Assembly (NCBI GenBank): GCA_964036045.1
Contig: OZ038378.1
Coordinates: 77,934,001 to 77,998,000 of the forward strand
Source of the DNA: Eutreptiella sp. 'Long Island Sound 2002'
Taxonomy: Eukaryota; Protista; Euglenida
Direction of reading: 5' to 3'
DNA length: 64,000 bases
Positions 58,001-64,000 of this stretch are shown here, piece after piece. The notes under the pieces were generated by a model. That model made no database searches, had not been told where the DNA came from, and saw only the letters and a program-made list of their open reading frames with translations. The position numbers were made by a program, and so were the translations under genes. Each line of letters opens with the position of its first letter. Positions within the stretch are counted from its first letter, which is position 1.

Positions 58001-60046
58001 CTTTTGTGATAGTACTCCCGGTGTTATTTTACCCACTTGTGTCTGAGCGGGGCCGCTACAGGCGCGTTTCCCTGAGCTGAGCGAGTCACAAGCAAAGGCA
58101 CAGCACTGCACAAGAAGTTCTGAAACCTTGCTCAAACTCAGAGTGACCGCAGCGATCACAAAAGTAGCCCTTTCGTACCTAAAAGGACGAAATAAGATAC
58201 ATCATGCAACCATAAAAACTGTAGTACACAAGACAAAATGGCCAAAGGGAGTCAGAGCAATTGGACAGCGTTCCATCCGGAAACAAGGATGGTTATGGGA
58301 ACCCAGGACCTCCACCCTGACACACATAGGGGGGTAGGATACAACTCAACGTGGGCCCTGAGATTTACTGCAGACATCAGGGCACACAAGCAGGAAAAAC
58401 CAGAAATCAGAGGTCACTGACATTTAAACGATCCCTGGCCACGGTAGCGGGCTATCGAAAGAATTCCGTTTGGAAGCATCCAAAGGGCCACAGTGCACAA
58501 ACATGATCCCAAGATATCCTCGTCTATCTCAACGATACCAGGACACTGTATCTAGTCTGATGGGCTGCGCACTTTGGTGAAATTCCCAAACAGTGAAAAA
58601 CAAGGGAGGTACGAATGCCAATAATTCCAACATAGTGATAGCCTAAAGTCTGGTAAAGTGCATGCAAAAAAGGATACAGAAAGGGGTTGATTGTCCCAGA
58701 AGGACTGAACCTCTCTTATCCTGGCTTTGGAGCAAGGCAGCAATCCTCAGTACACACTTTTTCAGGTCATTTTTAGTAACCTCAAAAAGGTTCCCTGAGC
58801 ATGTTTTACACACACGATCAACTCACAATTGAAGTGACATACGGACTTGGAAAGATGCTTCAAGGATAGACCCAGTGTTCATTGATCTGAATATGACTTG
58901 TATACACTGTTGGTAGGCCATGGACAAAGATGTGGCCCAAAACTGACCTGTGGCCTAGCTTTGCGATGGACCTGAAGTGACCTCATGAAATTGGGAATTT
59001 TTGACAAAATATTTGGTAAAATGCAGAATAGTGAACCTATTTACCAGTAAGCTTCAAGTAAATGCTCAGCGTAAAGTAGAGAGCGCCATTGAAGCATAGG
59101 AGAAGACACCAAGGTCTAACTCCTCATAGGGATTTTAATGTTAGTCTGTAAGGTGACCACATGACAGGGTGGTTTTCAAGGCTCTCTATAGATCTGGTTG
59201 GAGCCATGTAAAACCACTATGCCATAGGCTTGGCAAAATAGGTTCAAATGACTTGGATATGTTGTGAAGCATACCCAAACAAGTCTGAATACCCAAAGTA
59301 GGCACCTTGCAGTGAATGAGGGTCAAGGTACAAGAGAATTGGACCCAAAGAACCCAACAAACCAAGTCCCTGAGGTGGACGCGTGAAATTGTGGATCTCA
59401 AAAACGTTTTAGAGAACCGATTGTGGTGAGATGCCAGCGCCTCGAAATCGATCATACAAATCACTACCAGAAGTAGTGAATCCAGGCTTGCAGAAACATC
59501 AGATTCTAGGTCCAAACTCAAGGATGCTGTGGTGTTATGAGCTTATCAAGTGAGCACATACACAGGAAGAAATTGAACATGCATGCTGGGCAATTTTTCG
59601 TAGGCATGAAGTTAACTCAAAATCGCTTTCATGGACTCGACAAAAACGAGCCGCCGGGCGTCAACAGTTTCAAAGCTTGACCATATATGCTTAGTACAGA
59701 CGGAGTTGGCCCAGAGGGATCCAATGTTCCACCACAAATTCCATGGTAGTGGATCTCCGTGGTCACCACAAGTGAGGACATGAAATTAATAGGTTGAAAA
59801 TGAAGACACTTCTTTTGATGCTCAAACTCGAAACATGGCCGCGAATAATGCAAACAAATACAACATGCAAAGTAGACACATACCCAATCATGCACAATCA
59901 GAAGTTTGGTTCAAACTCACCAAGGGCTCTGAGAACCAAGCCCGGAAGGCGAGCCCATGATTGGGAAAAATTGAGTGAAAATTGACATGAAAATGAGATA
60001 GTGAAAATGGCTTAAAATGATTCAAAATACTTTACAAAAAGAAGAT

Positions 60047-61328
60047 GTTTGAGGCTCGAAGCTAGTCAAAATCTTCTATGTCTTGGATGTACGCATCAAG
60101 TACGTAAAAAAAAAACTTTTACCTGACTTCCGGCTCAATGATATTTCAGAGATATCATGGCAAACTTTGAGCACATGAAAAGCGTGTGCTCAGAAAGAAG
60201 TCACTCAAATTCATCTAATGCTTAGCCAATGTCTCGAAATGCATGAAATCAAACACATACGTGCACTCCAGACATGCACCAACATGCATGTCGAATAAAT
60301 CGGCAAAGTTCGACACAATGGCTCCTCACACTAAGCTTTCAAAGTGGGTCCATACCATGGCCACATATGGCTCTTTCGGGCCATGGATGGCAGCCCCACC
60401 ATGGATGGCTTGACGCACCATGGTGATCAAATGAATTCTCAACGTCAAAAGTGACTGACCTAAGATATTTTGGGTCCGTGTACACCATGGGAAGAATTGC
60501 ATGCCTTTCTTTTCATGGGGCAATTCATGGCATTCTTGGAATCCTGTTTTTATGACTCAAACTCAAAAAATCACTCATAACTTCAAAACCTACTTGCGAC
60601 TCACAAGTTTGGTTAGTATACAATGGAGGTAGACACTTGTGGCTTTTCTCTGCAATTTACCGCAAAGGTTACGGAAGCAGTGGCTTAAAGATATGCACTG
60701 CTGACGTGACCCTATGACATTAATAGAAATGGTATGCCATGACTAGTCAAATGAGCAGCAAGGGGAAAGAAAGGCACCGTAAGGTGCCAGCGAGGCTCCT
60801 TGACCTACTCAACATCTTATTTTGACTTGGCATCATGTTGATGCCCAGTTTTCCATTCTTACCTCACCGCTTCGCAGCTCTTTGATTCAACTGTATAATT
60901 ATGATCTTGAATGAAGCAACAGTGAAGTCAAATCAATGTCGCCAGCCTTTGTTAATTTCCGTAAAGGCCAGTTCATGGTTCCGCGATTTTGGTCGCACGG
61001 GCGCCAACTGGCATTTTTTACGCGAACTGGCGCGACACCGGTTCACGCAGGTGACGAAGCCAAAATCGAGCTCCTGTATCTTTTCGAATTTCACGGAAAT
61101 TTGCACACAGATATGAAGAGACTTTAATTCCCTATCGATCGACGCAAAAAACAAAAAAAAGTGCGCCTAGTCCCCTGAAGGTTCCCAAGGATTTCAAGTT
61201 TCGGGGAAATTGGACTGAGGACCTTTTGTGGGAAGCAAAATACACATTTACACCTGAAGAGGGGGGGGTAAAGGGTGAGTAGTTGAGGACATAAGCGGGG
61301 GCCCTGGAGGGTTGTCTGACACCAAACA
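60047..61328 (-). repeat. Gypsy-2 5' LTR-like repeat
   Basis: Direct repeat of 43489-44701. Confidence 0.78.
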
Positions 61329-62057
61329 TAAACATGCACACAACTGTCCGGGTCACCTACATCAGCCTGCAGCTGCACAACACCATCCCCATACGCAGTC
61401 GTGTCTGCATCAACATGGACCATTGCCGCCACCATCATTGTCAGTGTCCGCAAAGGCATCCAGCCCATGGTGACGATGAGTAATGGTGCCTTAACAGAGC
61501 CCTTGGCTCCATTATCCCCATCCCTAACACCCTCTACATCATCATCTACGTCCTACGTCAAATTGCCATTATTATTCAACATCACCTTTACGCTCCGCAC
61601 GAGCACCCTAGCCTCGACAACACGACCTCCATTCTCGTAACTGTCTTTACAGTCAGTTTGTGCTCGATCACCACCGCCATCACCAGGAGAGGCACGTTAT
61701 CTGCATCATTAATGTCTTGGTTGCCCATTGCACCTTCATCCACATCAGTGTGATGACCTTCCCCGTGGGCACATGCTTCCGAGCAAGCTATCTACACCAC
61801 CGTCGCCTTTAGCAGCACCTTTGATCTGCGTTGCCCTCTTTGCCGCCATCTGCATTGTATGTTGTTTCACCACCACCATCACTCTCAGCCTCACAGCCCA
61901 CATATCCATTCATGTCATTTTATCAGCGTCCTCCAGGGCAACACAATCGGTATGCCCTTCGCCTTCTGAATTACGTCCGACCATCACGATTGGTTGCTCG
62001 ATCCCTACAACCTAATGAGTCATCTGCTTCACGCCCGCTGGAAGCAATAACATCACG

Positions 62058-62260
62058 CAAAACGGGGACAAAACAACCTCAAAAGGGGCGATAAACCCTG
62101 CCCCCAAATGACCCGAAGTGGGAAAAATACAACCCCCTGAAGGGGATAAAAGCACCCCTTTGCAGGGGTAAATCCACCCCCCCAAAAAGGGGGACAAAAA
62201 TCTCCCAGGGTGGCATAAAACCAGCTCAGGGGTCAAAGAAGGCCAAAGGGGGGTTGGGTT
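62058..62260. repeat. Degenerate ~21-23 bp minisatellite (CCCC-N3-5-GGGG-ATAAAA-like units)
   Basis: e.g. CCCCCTGAAGGGGATAAAA, CCCCTTTGCAGGGGTAAAT, CCCCAAAAAGGGGGACAAAAA. Confidence 0.6.
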
Positions 62261-62625
62261 TCATTTTCGGGTCCATTAGGTGTCTTGGATGGAAATTACT
62301 TTTTTGAGGTTATATTCCTCAGCCAAAAAGTAATCCGCACGAAAAGAAATTCTGCACTAAACAAAATACCCAAATTTCCTTTGTATACATACAGCATTTG
62401 TTTTTAGCGCAAATGCCGCAAATTTTAGAAGTGGTCAAAAACGTGTCATGGGCGATTCCCTAGGCTCCTGTGGGGGAGCGTGGTGTCTGTAAGGGCCCCC
62501 TAACAGTACTGCTGAGGAAGCAAGTTTAATTTTGCCCACCCCCGCAGGCTTGGATCTATATCATTGTTTCATCAGCTTCCACCTTTTTGCGCATTGCCCC
62601 CACATCCACTCTTTTTCTGGGTTGA

Positions 62626-63020
62626 GGTAGGTAGGTACGTCATCTCAGGACTGGGGTTGCCCAAGAGGGGGGAGTTAAGCAGGGGCTATTGCTCACCCAG
62701 CCACTGACTTAATTCACATGCCCCCACAAAGCGGCTCCCCCACGTGGCAGAAGGGCGCGTTAGCCGCGAGCAGTACCCTACACCGGGTCCTGCCCAGAGA
62801 GGTAATCCGTGTTCAACCGAAGTCTCAGATTCCTCTCCTTCGGGCGGATGATACATGGGGGAGGGTCCCACAGCACCCCCTCATGAAGCTCCCAATTCCG
62901 GGGCCCAGGGGCTGGGGGCCTGTGCCCTGGCAACCCCAACCTGGTTTGACTTTCAGTAAGCAGGAGAGGACTTGAAGAAGCAAGTGCTACGGGTGTGACA
63001 GGCATGGCTAGCGTGTGCTC
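62626..63020 (-). mobile_element. ~400 bp 5'-truncated 3' stub (or SINE-like derivative) of the LINE family
   Basis: Reverse-complement match to 30715-31134, including the (TACC)3 tail. Confidence 0.88.
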
Positions 63021-63526
63021 CCACCCTTGGCAGAGCTGGCAGGGCACTGCGGATCGGCTGAGTAGTTCAGACGCGTGTGCGGTCTTTCAGAATTTCCTTA
63101 TGGTGTTGTTTATGATACGAATTTCAGAAATCATTGACAAATCTCGATGTTTGTGTCGGATACATGAATTTTGTGCTTAGGAGACCTTCAGTCTTCAGTA
63201 TGAACCAGCATTTCACAATGCTTTCCCATTTGGGGGCTTTCCCATGATTATTCATGTTTCATCGACTCGGACGGGGTTTTGAGGATCAAGTGGATTTCAC
63301 ATTCCGATTTTTGTGCATTTGTACTCCGTGCCTTCATCGATTGGATAATTGGTGTTTTTCAAGTAGGGCAAGAGCTTAAAAGATTCATTTATCGGGTTTC
63401 ATACGTCAACAATCACAATGATGAAGAGACTCGGAAGCGTGGTAGCAGAACAGGATGCTCTTGCTCACCTTAACTCACAACTTAAGCCCAAAGAGCAGTT
63501 CATGTACACGCCACAAAAGGATGTGG

Positions 63527-64000
63527 TGAAGCCGGTTCGGACCCCTGTGGCCATCTTGGGGTCACTTGGGGTGTGTATCTATGTGCCGGCAAGCCGCCAT
63601 TGGCTGATATCATACTCTCCAGTCCACCTGAACTAACCCGATGTGATAGTGTGATAGGTTTGGCCATTCCGGCTATGAGCGGCCATATTCAGTACCGAGG
63701 CGCCGCCAGCGGAGATTTATATATCAGAATATCAGGAATCAACAGGGTGTTATTATCATAATGTTCCCGTAATTTTTCAGCCTTTCGTTCTGATGGTCAA
63801 TGTATCGGCGACTGTCAGTTGGCTCGCGATTTTGCGTTAACCGATTGGTTAACTGTTATTTCCAGATATTTTGGCGGAAACCCCCATGAAGGGTCAGATT
63901 TCATCAGTAAAGGGTTCGTTGCTTCCGCAATTTTCTAAATAAGCACTCGAAATTTTAATCTGAATTTTTCGCGATGTCGAAATCGGATTTTCGACTTCGA
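63527..64000 (+). repeat. Third copy of the Gypsy-1 LTR (solo LTR or 5' LTR of an element beyond the window)
   Basis: Starts TGAAGCCGGTTCGG; reverse complement of 33970-34443; more diverged. Confidence 0.9.

Larger units (their letters stand above)
43489..61328 (-). mobile_element. Second chromodomain Gypsy element (Gypsy-2), decayed, with nested insertion
   Basis: gag, PR, RT (YIDD), RNase H, integrase and chromodomain on the minus strand, bounded by ~1.2-1.3 kb direct repeats with a PPT inside the left one. Confidence 0.85.

Noticed and set aside
63200-63480. FIDSDG as a LAGLIDADG motif, or a host exon
   Set aside because: A single short match in a broken frame; no supporting second motif or splice structure I can defend.

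Overview
Eukaryotic, transposon-saturated window (GC-rich TE coding parts, AT-richer LTR/spacer parts). I found no host gene, rRNA, tRNA or CRISPR array that I can support. (1) 1-31134 holds two head-to-head, frameshift-riddled copies of one very large non-LTR (LINE) family: copy A on the minus strand (runs off the left edge) and 5'-truncated copy B on the plus strand. Both encode APE endonuclease-RT-RNase H-Cys/His finger. Both then carry a further ~5.5 kb ORF-like region after the pol stop that starts with a RING-like finger and ends in a Ulp1/SENP (C48)-like protease. Copy A may also carry a decayed OTU-like domain upstream. The family ends in a structured 3' UTR and a (TACC)n tail; a ~400 bp 3' stub of it sits at 62626-63020. 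(2) 33991-42745 is a near-complete chromodomain-bearing Ty3/Gypsy element (minus strand; LTRs, tRNA-iMet PBS, PPT) whose Gag contains an RRM-like domain. (3) 43489-61328 is a second, more decayed chromodomain Gypsy with a DIRS-type adenine-methyltransferase-like segment between protease and RT; its chromodomain is split by a 2.2 kb TSD-flanked insertion built on a 209 bp tandem array. A third Gypsy remnant and a third LTR copy are also present. All domain calls are by-eye motif recognition; no database search was run, and identity values are rough by-eye estimates.
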